From contig CM059433.1 in assembly GCA_030390025.1 (NCBI GenBank), positions 4,092,001 through 4,156,000 of the forward strand: a stretch of DNA of 64,000 nucleotides, in the 5' to 3' direction. Origin of the DNA: Squalus acanthias. Taxonomy: Eukaryota. This document shows, in pieces, positions 25,706 to 38,002 of the stretch. The position numbers were made by a program, and so were the translations under genes. Position 1 is the first letter of the stretch. Every line of letters begins with the position of its first letter. The notes under the pieces were generated by a model. That model was not told the origin of the DNA, made no database searches, and was given only the letters and a program-made list of their open reading frames with translations.

Positions 25706-26176
25706 CCCCCCCGAAGAGCCGTAGCAAATTTCCCTCCCAGGATATTGGTGCCCCTCTGGTTCAGGTGCAAACCGTCCTGTTTGTACAGGTCCCACCTTCC
25801 CCAGAATGCGCTCCAATTATCCACATAACTGAAACCCTCCCCCCTACACCATCCCTGCAGCCACGTGTTTATCTGCACTCTCTCCCTGTTCCTCAACTCG
25901 CTAGCACGTGGCACCGGCAACAAACCAGAAATTACAACATGGCTTGTACTGGCTCTCAGCTTCCAACCTAGCTCCCTAAATTCCTGTTTTAAATCCCCGT
26001 CCCTTCTCCTACCTATGTCGTTGGTACCGATGTGTACCATGACTTGTGATTGTTCCCCCTCCCCCTTGAGGATTCTGAAAACACGGTCCGAGACGTCACG
26101 GACCCTGGCACCCGGGAGGCAACATACCATCCGTGAGTCTCTTTTGCTGCCACAGAACCTCCTATCTGTCCCTCTT
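25696..26176 (-). CDS. CR1 ORF1 C-terminal SGNH esterase domain
   Basis: CCLPGARVRDV, VHIGTND, DGLHLN...GGLN*. Confidence 0.9.
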
Positions 26177-28240
26177 TTAGCCTCATAAGAAAAAACAAAG
26201 GCATGACAACCGGGTTTTGTTATCTTCACTCCAAAAACTGACAAGAGCCAAGTAAATTGTTTCCTTTTCCTATCTGGTAAATTGTTCATAACACTTTAAT
26301 ATAAGTAAATGTATGCAATGTAGGTGCATAGTTTGGTACATATGCAGCAGGCACACTATGCAAGAGGCCACAACTTATCAGTTGGAGGTGGGTGTCCTGC
26401 CCTTTGACACAGAAAGTGTCGGATTACAGTTTTGTCCAACAATGAATCTACCGTTTTTTGGTAAACTGCAAATTGATTTAGAGCCCTGCCCCCGATTATG
26501 AATTTTCTAGTTCCAAATCCCATTACAAGTAGCATGGAGGTAAAAAAATATATTTCTGTATCGCATCATTGAAAAATTCACCAACTATCTCCAGTCTGGC
26601 AAGAGGGCAGCACCTGCATTACATTTCGCTGTGGTCTTAGTCTTGGTGCTTTCCAGATCCTTTTTCTCATGCCCAGCACACGGAACCCCCTTCTTATGAA
26701 CGGAAGCACCACCTTACGAGCAAAGGAATCTGGAAAGCAGCATACCCCAGATGAACAATAAACCCATTGAGCGTCACTGGCTACCACCAGCAATAGTAAT
26801 CTCTCCGACTGAGGGACAAATAGCCCTCTGGCAGGCTGCTTATCTCGGCCATTCAAACTATGAATCAGGTGTATCAAAAAGTAAAATTAAACAGAAACAA
26901 GGAAACACAGCAGATTTCAAACGATTACAGTAAAGGAATATTTTATTTCTCGCCAGTACTTCAAACCCTAAAATAACAAACGTCTCGAAACATTAACAAT
27001 TCTCTTAATTCAGAATACGTCTGTGAGGAAACTTGGATATTCACACAGTTTTTCTAATAGTCTGAACTCGTTCAACCGCTGGCAAAGCAGGATTCGCTTC
27101 AGAGCCGTGATATAGGGCAACAATTGTATCCACTGTTTGATTTAAAGTCTGATGGCGACGGAATATGAAAAATTATCTTACACAATTAGGCAAGCACGCC
27201 AGGCAGATATTGCTCAGAATGAAGCAATGGCGACTCACTGTAAAACATTTCTTGCAGTGACGGACCTGCCAATCAAGTTAGGTTCCAGAGGTGTCAAGGA
27301 AGCTGGTTGGTACCGACCTCTGTTCACTCACCACCTTCAGGACAAAGCAATGGCATGCGTCAGGTAAACAGGTGCCCTGCTAGGCACAGGTAATCACATT
27401 TAATGATTTATTGAAGGTCTGGTACCATAGAACAGCAGCTAGATCGTAAAACTGTGAAGATCACAGGCGGTTATCCACATGAATTATTTCTATCATCTGA
27501 TTCTCCACCCATTTTTTGATCAGTGTCCATAAATAGAGGTGAGTCATCGGCTCTTGAAGTGGCTTCCTGAACACCGTCAGCAATGTGGAATCTCTTTCAA
27601 GAGAGAGAAATCAAATTAGCAGAGAATTTCCCACAAAATGCAGTTCTCAGAAATCATTTAAAGTGACCACAACACTGATCCATTACAGATTCTCAATGAT
27701 CTCCAGCAACAACATACGAACATGTTGACCCATTGACAAAATTCAGTAAATAGCATCCTGGTACAGTAATGCAGTATTCTTGCTCCAGCAAGATGGATTG
27801 GGTTCGATAAGGATTTTTCCCATGATTCCCCTATCAGTGACCCTGCTCAGAACCAAGGTTGTCAAGGGAGATAATTGAGCAGCAAAGACGTTAACCATGA
27901 GAGAAGTAAAGTACAGGACGAATCAGCTCCCAGCTGCACATTCCAAGTGTACAACAACAACAACTAGCAATTAAATAGCGGCTTTAAGGTAGTGAAGCTT
28001 CCCAAGGCGCTTCACAGGAGCAAAGGTCAAAGCGCATCTGCGGTGGCTTGGAAACATCTACTCACCGTTTCACTGGAGAAAATGCTGCAGGATCTGACAA
28101 AATAATTGTTTGCAAAAGACAAAAGTGGAAAAAGCATGATTCAGTAAGTGGGGTAGATTTTTGCCTCCACCACCTGGTGATAACGTGGCAAAATAGATTG
28201 GCTTCATTTTAATGAAATGAAAATCGGGCGGGCTCCACGG

Positions 28241-28545
28241 CCAGCGGGAGAGCCGTCTACAGCCAGCGGGAGATCCTCCGTCTACAACCAGCGGGAGGTC
28301 CGTCTACAACCAGCGGGACATCCGTCTACAGCCAGCGGGAGGTCCGTCTACAGCCAGCGGGAGATCCTCCGTCTACAACCAGCGGGAGGTCCGTCTACAA
28401 CCAGCGGGACATCCGTCTACAGCCAGCGGGAGGTCCGTCTACAGCCAGCGGGAGGTCCGTCTACAACCAGCGGGAGGTCCGTCTACAGCCAGCAGGAGGT
28501 CGATCTACAGCCAGCCGATGGTCCTCTGTCTACAGCCAGCGGGAC
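28241..28545. repeat. 21/23-bp tandem repeat (CCAGCGGGAGGTCCGTCTACAR), about 14 copies, within a probable Harbinger-type MITE starting GGGGTAGATTTT at 28150
   Basis: The repeat is seen directly; the MITE boundary is tentative. Confidence 0.85.
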
Positions 28546-29908
28546 ATCCTCTGTCCTTCTCCGCCATCACCTGATGCTGCACAGGACACAGGACATCATC
28601 CCCTGACAACATTGCTGCCTGGGAGGCCAGTGATGGCATCACCATGGCCAGATTTTCTTCACGTGATGCTGTAAACCCTGGCTGCCACATGATGCGCCAG
28701 GTTGACACCAGCTCACACCAGCACCGTGAAGCATCCCTTTAATGTCCAAGCCATTCCATGCACACTCATCACTATAACGGGGGGGGGGGGGGCGGGAGGG
28801 GGGGCGCACTCCATTCTCTCCAGAGTCAGGTTGGGTTTAAGTCTGAATTTGCACTCCACACAAGTATAGTGTCGGTCTAAAGTCAGAAACCACTTTGCAC
28901 CGATACTAAACTTTTTGTATAAATTTGCCCTGCACCACATACGTACAAACAGGCATTTATTTTTTGTTTTATAACAAACCAGGTGCAATTATTGTCTGCT
29001 TCACAGACTCCCTTTCCATTTGAATTTGATTGTAAGTTGCTGTCTAAACACGTTTAACATGTGCACAAGTCAACTGCCTAACACCCTCGCAACGATTGAC
29101 TGCAAGTATTGAATAAGTTAATAACTACTAGTTGATCTGCTGTGGTGTACTTAGGGAGAAAATCTATGGGGGTAATTTTCAATCCCAGGATGGTCGGGGA
29201 GGGAGGCGCGGTCAAAATTAAAAAATCAGAAACCAGACCCAACCTGCTTTAATGGAGTTGGGTTGGGGGCGGGTGACTAACCTGCTCTCTAGCGTTGGGT
29301 CCCGATTTTAAACATTGTAATAAGGCTGCGTGCCTCACATTTTACCTCCGTTTTAAATTTGACGCTGGCCAGACAGGGTTCCCGGGCCTCGTGAAACCCG
29401 GCAGCTGAAGGAAGGCGAGAACGGCTGGATGGGACAGGTGAGCGCCTTTCCCTGTGGGCCACGCGGGATTTGAAAACAAGGATGAGAATTTTACAATCGA
29501 GGCGCTGCTTAACCGGGAGCCAATGTAGGTCAGCGAGCACAGGGGTGATGGGCGAACGGGACTTGGTGCGAGTTAGGACACGGGGCAGCAGAGTTTTGGA
29601 TGAGCTCAAGTTTACGTAGGGTGGAATGTGGGAGGCCGGCCAGGAGCGCGTTAGAATAGTCAAGTCTAGAGGTAACAAAGGCATCGAAGAGCAGCGGATG
29701 AGGTGAGGCAGGGGCGGAGACGGGCGATGTTACGGAGGTGGAAATAGGCGGTCTTGGTGATGGAGAACAAATAGGGTGGGAAGCTCATCTCGGGGTCAAT
29801 TATGAGGCCAAGGTTGCGAACAGTCTGGTTCAGCCTCAGACAGAGACCCGGGAGAGCGATGGAGTCAGTGGCGAGGGAACGGAGTTCCTGGCAGGCACTG
29901 AAGACAAT

Positions 29909-31208
29909 GGGCCGTATCTTGCGGCCCCTACGGGTGCGTACGAGGCGTGTACGTGCCCGTAGGGGCCACGCAAGTTCCAGGTTTAGACGCGCGAAGCACA
30001 CGCGCTAAAACCCAGAACTAGCGATCTGTCAAGAATCTTCCTGACAGATCCTCCGCATCCCCGGGAGACGGGCCTCCGCGGGTGGAGAGTTGCGCTATTT
30101 GCCCAACTTCCGCCCGCTGAATGCCGGTGAAATTCTTACGCCTGGTAAAAGCAGTACAATAAGGTAAGTTTATTCTTAGCCCCGTTAAAACATAGGGGAA
30201 AAATTGGGTCGCGCCCCCTTTGGGACGTTAACTTCGCTGGGGCGCCCCAAGCAGGAGGCGGGACGCTACTGGAAGCGCTCCCCTCCTTCCTGGGACGCTC
30301 CCATTGAATATGGCGGCGCAGCGTGCAACAATGCCCAGGCGCGTTGGCACGTAGCGCCGCGGTACTGCAGGCCTCCCTCCCCTGATTAAAGGAGAGGGGC
30401 CTAGCACAACGCGACCCGGGCCCCTGTTGGATCACTGGGGAGCGGGGTGTCGGGAAAAGAGCCCAGCCCTCAAGAGGAAGCCAGAGGGGGCAGGTGTTGG
30501 CAGGCGGCCCAGAAAAAATGGCCGCCCGGCACCTGCCCTTTAATTTGCGCCGCCCCGGCCGCAAACACGGCACCCTGACCCTGTCGGACATAGTGTCCGG
30601 CGGTAGGTCAGGGGGCACGAGCCAAGTTTGCAGCCGGGGTGCTGCGCACGATGATGACATCATCGCTGGAGGCGCAGCACCGCGGGGCGGTATCGGCTAC
30701 CGCCGCCACTAACCTCTCGCTGAATTTCGCGGGAGGCGTTAGCGGTGCCGCGCCCGGGCGCTAGGTTGGGGCGCTAACGGGAGGCGCAAAGCAACCCAAA
30801 TTTTCCCTAAATAATTTATTTTTCAAAAAAATACATTTTTGTTTTAAATCTTTAATTAAATGGCATTTTAATTAATTTTAAATATGTAATTTTTTGTTTA
30901 TTTATTTGATGTGTCGATGTATTTTTTGGGGGTATTCCCATTCGTGCTAATGGGGTTTCCGTACATACAGAATCTCCATAAGAATGAATGGGGATCCCCT
31001 TCTTTTATTCATTGGGCCGGCCCACGTGATTCCAGGGGTGCTTACGAACCGCCTGCGCCCCGGGATACGTGGACCTCTGCCCGTGGGTACCCGGAGAGAC
31101 CCAGGGCCGCAAGTCTCCGCACCTCCCACACCACCAGGTAGGTGGGCATTTTATTTGCAGATCAGAGGCAGTTCCCCGCGGGAAGCCTCCGACCACAAAC
31201 TCAGGGCC
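29909..31208. mobile_element. Harbinger-type MITE, AAT TSD
   Basis: GGGCCGTATCTTGCGG...CCACAAACTCAGGGCC imperfect TIRs; AAT at 29906-08 and 31209-11. Confidence 0.8.
30195..30808. mobile_element. Harbinger-type MITE nested in the previous MITE
   Basis: TIRs GGGGAAAAATTGGGT / ACCCAAATTTTCCCT; the right about 300 bp is highly similar to 12843-13145 inverted. Confidence 0.8.
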
Positions 31209-33432
31209 AATGGCTTCGGTCCTCCCAATAATTAGTTGGAGGAAATTTCTGCTCATCCAGTACTGGATGTTGCACAAGCAGCGTGACAAATCAGAGACAG
31301 TGGATAGTTCGAGAGAGGTCGTGGTGAGGTAGAGCTGGGTGTCATCAGTGTACTTGTGGAACCTGTGTTTTCGGATGATGTCGCCAAGGATAGATCCTTG
31401 GGGGACACCAGAGGTGGGAGGGGGAACAAGAAGGTATTGCAGGTGATTCCCTGGCTACAACTGGATGGATAAGAATGGAACCAGGCCAGGGCATTCCCAC
31501 TCAGCTGCACGATGGAGAAGAGGCGTTGGAGGAGGGTCTTGTAGTCAACCATGTCAAAGGCCGCAGACCGGTCGAGAAGGATGTCGACTCCCCTCCCAAT
31601 GTCGACCCCCTCCTGAGGTCAGATCTGCGGCTGCGGCCTGCAGCCACAGGCTTACCTGCCCGACAGCCAGCCAGCCTCTCAATCTGGCTGGTTGCACTCG
31701 TGAAACAGAGAATTCTTTTTTAATTGGGTTGTACTTCTAGACCTCCCTCCCGCTCCCTCCTAGCCCCGCAGTTATATCTCTACCCTGTGATTGTCTCTCT
31801 GGTCCTCTCGCACTCTATTGCATTCTTTCTGTTTTGCTGTGTTTTCCACTTCTCTGACCCCTCTTTCTTTGCCTCTCTAAGAATGCCCCTCAGACATTTT
31901 CTTTCCTTTTCCCTCACTGTGACTCACTCATTAAATTCCCTCCTGCTCCTCTTTTCTGTTTTCCATTTGCTATTTTCTTGTCCATTCATTCACGTTTCCC
32001 CCATTCCCTCAGCCGTTTTTCTCCCCCTTCTTTCCAATTGCATGTCATTTATTTTCGGAGATCGGTGCGTACGACCAACTTTGGCGGGTGCTGAGGTTGC
32101 AGCGGTGCTGGCAAGGCCCTGAAGGCCAGCGGCGAGTGCCATCGTCGCCGGTTTGTGCACGGACTGGGTGAGAAGCATCGGGGGAGAAGACACAGCTGAG
32201 AGGCAAGGCCGAATCCGAAGCTGAGGTCTCTGAGCCAGTGCACCGCCCCTGTGTTTGCGACTGTTTCAGAGTCTTTTGAATGGTTGGCTCACATTTCACA
32301 TTCACTAAAAAGCAATCCACGTGCTTCATGAGCTACAGACGTATTGGACATTTTCTCACACACCCTTCAGACATATCGGGCACGTGCCAGATTCAGAAGG
32401 TTTAATTAAAGAGAGTGGAAGCTGCCGGCTACACCTGTACCATTGCTGCCCCCTACTGAACTGCCAAGCATGACTCGATGTGCACTGAGCTGTGATGGCG
32501 GAAAATGCCACGACAAACTCCAGAACACTTCATCGGTGCTTCGTGATTTGTCCTTATTGACAAAATCCAAGAAATGTTCAAAGTTAACTTGTCTGTGGAC
32601 ATGGATGTACAATAATGCCACCGATAGATCCACAGTTTGGAAGGAAAGTGTTTCAGAACCTGAGCTGAAATTCAACACGGAAAAGGATTCTAGATGTACA
32701 GGGGGCTGCACCAATATCCATCAAACAGACATTAGTTTTTGGTCACGGGAGATATAACAAGACAAGATGATTGATTAAAATAGCACCTATTTACTTATTA
32801 GGTCATTAGTGAAACTATAGCAATGCTGGAATTAGTGCTGTTGCAGTTTATAACCCCTCGTGCATTCACTCAGAAAGCTCACTTCAAACACACGGCCCAC
32901 GTCCCAATTAGTACCTTTTCCTGCAGCTGTTTCACTTTGAAGTCAGATTGTGATTCATCTGAAGCTAAACAAATATTGCCCACAGACAGCAATAAATATC
33001 TTTCAGAAGTGTTCCGTTAATTAATATATTGTACTTTCTACTTTGCCCTCTTTTACTATTATTTATGTTGAACTAAGACCTCGGACTCAGTTTGTCACGC
33101 ACACTGAGTAACGCAGTTCAGCTGATAAGGTCCTTGCCAAAGGCAGAGCCTTTCGTAGAAAAGTTCTGCTTTTTCTCGAAGTGCACGGCACCCACAGGGA
33201 GGGTGTGTGTGATGGCGGAGGGGAGCTTTGGTCAGGAAGAGATGTCAGCACTGAGCTGCTCGGTTTGTTGGGTTCGATTCGGCGCTTACACCAGCCCCAT
33301 TCTACGTGCAGCCAGTCTTTGATCCATACAGAGCGGCATTCCCCAAGGTTTCCGCATCCCTGTGTCAGACAGCGTCCTATCAGCTATCTGCCCTTTGTGT
33401 ATTCACTGGCTTGAAGAGAGCAACAAAATTAC

Positions 33433-35360
33433 ACAGAATCACATAGAATTTTACAGCACAGAAACAGGCCATTCGACCCAACAGGTCCATGTTGGCGTTT
33501 CTGCCCCACTCGGGCCTGCTTCCACCCGACTGCATCTCACCCCATCCACACATTCTTCTATTCCTTTCTCCCTCGTGTGTTTATCGAGCCTCCCCTTAAA
33601 TGCGTCCATGCTATTCGCCTCAACCACTCCCTGTGGGAGCGAGTTCCACATTCTCCCCACTCTCTGGGGAAAGAGGTTTCTCCTGAACTCCCCATTGGAT
33701 TTATTAGTGACTCTCCCCTAGTTTTAGCCTCCCTCGCGAGTGGAAACATCGGCCCTGATATTTACGAGGAGGGAGCAGAAGCTCGTGCGTGAGGCTGGGA
33801 AACCCTGAAATGGCAGGACGGTGGATGTCCTGCCCTAACATTATAATTATTTTACTCCGTTTCCCACGCGGCAGCCAGCCAGATTGAGAGGAAAGCCCGC
33901 GGTACAAGGCAGCAGCTGGGGCGCGCCGGGGACCGTCCACAGCAACCGGAGAAGATCGGGGGGGTTGGTGGGAGGTGGGGGGGCTCAGAGTGCAACAGCG
34001 AGGAGGGAGGGAGATATCACGGGGGGAGAGATAGAGATCACGGGGGCAAGATCGCGGGGGAGAGTACGCAGGGGAAGATCGCGGGGAGGGATAGAAATCG
34101 TGGGGGTGAGATTGCGGGGGAGAGTACGCAGGGAGAGATCGCGGGGGAGAGTACGCAGGGAGAGATCGCGGGGGAGAGTACGCAGGGAGAGATCGCGGGG
34201 GAGAGTACGCAGGGGGAGATCGCGGGGGAGAGTACGCAGGGAGAGATCGCGGGGAGTGATAGAAATCGTGGGGGTGAGATCGTGGGATAGAGATCGCGGG
34301 GGAGAGATAAACATCACAAGGGGGGGAGACAGAGATCAAGGGAGAGACAGTGATCGTGGGGAGAGATAGATATCACAGTGCGGAGATAGAAATTGCAGGG
34401 GGGGAGAGGGACCGCGGGGAGAGACCGAGATCGCGGGGGGTGATAGAGATCGTAGGGGGAGAGAGAGGGATCGTGGAGAGAGACAGAGATCACGAGAGAG
34501 AGACATAGATGCAGGGGTTGGAGATAGAGATCGCGGGGGATAGAGATCGTGGGGAGAGATCGCAGGGAGAGATTGCGGGGGAGAGATCGCAGGGAGAGAT
34601 CGCGGGGTGGGGGGGGTGGAGTCAGCACATCTACCCTCGAGGGTCTGAGGGGGGGAAGCACTCCTGCTCCTCCGGGCCCACAAGCAGCGCTGGAACAGCA
34701 CTCACCGCTGAATCTGGCGGCTCTCGTGTCCCTTCAGCTGCCAGATTTCCCGAGCCCTGGGAAACCCGGCCTGCAGCCGTTAAATTTAAATGGCTGGCCA
34801 CAATCTGAGGAACGCGGCCTCATTTAAATATTATAATCAGTGGCCCGCCTCTCCACAGCCGGTGAATCGGCTGTCACCAAACCCGCCGTGGTTAAACCAG
34901 CAGTGGGAGCGTTCATGGCGGTTTGGGGTCGGCTTTTACACTTTTACCAATTTAAACCCCCCCCCCCAACCCGTTCCCGCTAGTTGGGGGTTACAATTTC
35001 CCCCATCTTCTCCACGTCTACCCTATCGAACCCCTTCCTAATTTTAAAGACCTCTATCAGGTCACTTCTCAGCCTTCTCTGTTCTGGAGAAAAGAGCCTC
35101 GGCCTTTTCAATCTTTCCTGATAGTCGCGCCCGCTCAGCTCGCGTTTCATCCTTGGAAATCATTTCCTGCACCCTCTCCAGTGCCTCTATATCCTTTTTA
35201 TAATATGGGGGCCAGAACGATGCGCAGTGCTCCAAGTGCGGTCCGACCAAGGTTGCGTTCAAGTTTAACAGAACCTCTCTGCTTTTCAATTCCATCCCTT
35301 TAGAAATGAACCCCCTGGGGCTTTGTTTGCAGGTTATGTGGCTTTGTTAACCTGTGCTGA
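33433..35360 (-). mobile_element. CR1 3' fragment split by a MITE
   Basis: MWNSLPQGVVEANSMDAFKGRLD and ELKSREVLLNLNATLVGPHLEHC flank the insertion. Confidence 0.85.
33751..35004. mobile_element. Harbinger-type MITE with an internal purine-rich minisatellite
   Basis: ATC TSD (33748-50 and 35005-07); ends GGCCCTGATATTT...AATTTCCCCC; GAGAGATCGCGGGGGAGAGTACGCAGG-type repeats at about 34010-34610. Confidence 0.8.
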
Positions 35361-35721
35361 GCAGATTAGTAAAAAGGCAAATGTTTTTTAGACCACTTTG
35401 TGGGTGCCTCGGTTGTTAAACATCACCTTTTTCATCGTGTACAGTGTGGGCACTCATTACCCTTTATCATCACCCTGACCACATTGTCCTATTGTAAGTA
35501 ATCATCATTCTTGACGTTAAATTATTTGGTTTGATCAACTTATCCATCATCAACAGCAGCGAGCGTTGAATATTAATAGCTGTAAGGTCTCTTCTAACAG
35601 CGTTAGATGCTGGCTGCTGGAGCATGCTGCCTCCTTTTTGAAAGCTGCCTTTTATACTTCAAGGAGGAAATCTGCATTGAATGCACAAGTATTTTTTTTT
35701 CCTTTCCCTCACCCGCAATCT

Positions 35722-35897
35722 TGTTTGGAATCTTTTGTGGCGTCTCCCATTTCAGCTAAGTGCCCAGGAGGACGCAGTGATGTTCCGTGGCAGAGAGATG
35801 GTGTGATGGGGTTGTGGTGAGCAACTGGGGATCTGGGGTTTAATCCATTGGAATTGGAGTCTGATGAGACGCCCACGGACAGCCCGTCCGGAAGGCG
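35722..35897 (-). mobile_element. Inverted fragment of the Harbinger transposase 3' end and UTR
   Basis: Reverse complement aligns to 37790-37946 (CTCATCAGACT...ATTAAACCCCAGATCCCC...GCTGAAATG). Confidence 0.75.
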
Positions 35898-36810
35898 GAT
35901 TGGCTGGTTGGTGCTGGCGTAAATCCAGCATTCAGCCCACCAGAAGAATTGGTGGGTTATTCCTGCTGCACTATGACGCAGTTTTATTCTGCGGATATTG
36001 TGGCAATAGTTCTGAGTGATAATGGAATCCAGCATAACTGAGCTTCAGTGAAGCTAACGCGCCAATTTAGAATTTAAAGCTGCGACTACAACATGGCAAC
36101 AGACAAGGCCGCGAAACAATGAGACAGTGTAAGTCAAGGATGGAGTTTGCAGCTTCTTCCCCTCCCTTTCAAATCCCTCTCCCCTCCCGCCCGCTCCTGA
36201 AGCCACTGAATCAAGATGATTGCAGTTCCACGGACACCTTCACCCGTTCTGCACCGTCCACAATTGGTCATTCTTCATGTGCAACTTAAGAGAATTGGGG
36301 GGGGGAAATTCAGTTGGTTAGCGCCTCCAGTTAGCGCCTGGTGGGGGCGCTAACGGGGCGCTGATGCAGTAGCGCCGGGGCGAGGCGAATCCAGCGACGC
36401 ACGCCAAATCCGGCCCCCACCATCCCCTGTGGCGCCACCGCTATGAGTTACCGCCGGGGACCTCGGCGCCAGGCAGATCGTGACATCAGTGAGCATGCAA
36501 CACTCACTGGGCGCCCAATCTGCAAAATTCATTGTCACCACCTGCCTTAGCACCTCGCCCCGACAGCGACAGGGAGAGGAGGCGTCGAGCAGGCGGATGC
36601 CGGCTCCAGGGGCGCTACTTAAAGGGATCATGAGTAATGAGTCACAGCTATCAGGCTAGTGCTGTTTCACTGCTTCCTTGTCAGTTTGACATTGTGCAAC
36701 AGTTTAATTCAGTCATTTAAAGGTTGTTTAGCATCAGGAGTGTTGTGGCTACTAACAATTAGTTACATTTATTCTCACAACATATCAAAGTGCTACTCTT
36801 GGCTACATTA

Positions 36811-37838
36811 ATGGGGCCTGTACCAGCAGTCGACCTCACCCTCCAGGATCTACGGTGGAGGGAGCGGAGACAGCGAGAAAGATTGGAACATGTGGCCAGA
36901 GGGCTCTCAACAGGAGGCCTTACCCTCCGAGGGTATTCCAACAGCAATTCTCCTACCTCCAATTAAGCGAGGAGCAGTGTATCAGAAGGCTCCGCTTCAG
37001 CAAGGAGGTGGTCACAGAACTCTGCCACCTGCTGCAACCACACCTCGAACCTCAGATCAGGGCGACCACGGCTCTCCCAGTGGCAGTCAAGGTCACCGTC
37101 GCCCTCAATTTCTTCGTCAGCGGATCCTTCCAGTCTGCAACAGGAGACATAGGTAACATCTTGCAGTTTGCTGTCCATTGCTGCATCCGGGAGGTCACAG
37201 AGGCTCTCTACAGTAGGAGAAGGGACTACATTTCCTTCCCCATCACCAGAGAGAAGCAGGATGAACGTGCTTGTGGCTTTGCCAGGATAGCAGGATTCCC
37301 CATGGTGCAGGGCGCCATTGGCTGCAACCACATGGCCTTGCAGGCACCGCATAACAATCCTGACATCTTCTGTAACCACAAAGGCTACCATTCACTTAAT
37401 GTGCACCACTTCAAGTTCGCGGCTGGCTGGTCGGAGACAAGGGGTATCCGCTTTCCACCTGGCTCATGACTCCCCTCCGCAAACTCAACACTCCTGCCCA
37501 GCACTCATATAATGAGAGCCATGCTGCCACCAGGAACATCATCGAGCAGACCATCGCGGTGCTAAAGCAACGATTCCGCTGCCTTGACCACTCGGGAGGA
37601 GCCCTCCAGTACTCGGCTGAGCGGGTGTCCCATTTCGTCGAGGTCTGCTGCATGCTCCACAATTTGGCCATCATGAGGGCCCAGCCCTTGCCACCAGGGA
37701 TTGCGGGACCACCTCAGGAGGAGGAAAAAGGAAGATGAGGAGGAGGAGGAGGAAGAGGACGCGAGGGAGGAGGCAGCCACTCAATCGGCCTCCGGAAGGG
37801 TAGTTCGTGACCGCCTCATCAGACTGCGGTTCCAATGA
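36811..37838 (+). pseudogene. HARBI1-like (DDE_Tnp_4) Harbinger transposase, disrupted
   Basis: RLRFSKEVV, ALNFFVSGSFQ, GFPMVQGAIGCNH (the catalytic D of GAIDxxH is replaced by G), [10 protein letters not shown], then a deletion and frameshift, [32 protein letters not shown]. Confidence 0.9.
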
Positions 37839-38002
37839 ATTAAACCCCAGATCCCCGTTGCTCACCACATCCCCATCATTTCCATCCCTGTCACAGGCCA
37901 TCACAGCGCAAAGCTGAAATGAGAGACACCACAAAAGAATCCAAACTGAATCAATAAATTTATCAATAATCAGTGAACACATATTTACACCAACAATATT
38001 AA

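Larger units (their letters stand above)
22714..26176 (-). mobile_element. Near full-length CR1 LINE (5'-truncated within ORF1)
   Basis: ORF1 esterase, ORF2 APE-RT, 3' UTR and (TAGAACA)n tail; TTTAG at both junctions. Confidence 0.95.
29466..31575 (-). mobile_element. L2 LINE fragment interrupted by a MITE
   Basis: TRTKSRSPITPVLADLHWLPVKQRL...; the sequence rejoins across 29908/31212 as in the copy at about 48210. Confidence 0.85.
29168..31780. mobile_element. Harbinger-type MITE (outer layer of a 4-level nest)
   Basis: Starts GGGGGTAATTTT; 29168-29465 and 31600-31730 match 34650-35004 and 33840-33920 in reverse orientation. Confidence 0.6.

Noticed and set aside
26614..27363. Exon-like segments at 26614-26730 (-) and 27258-27363 (+)
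   Set aside because: Only generic AG/GT boundaries, with no recognisable protein or consistent partner exons.
35709..36035. Minus-strand exon-like ORF with a GT donor
   Set aside because: Largely an inverted fragment of the Harbinger 3' region (37790-37946).
36811..37838. Domesticated host gene HARBI1
   Set aside because: It has frameshifts, an internal deletion and a mutated catalytic Asp, and it sits in a transposon with a Myb partner gene.
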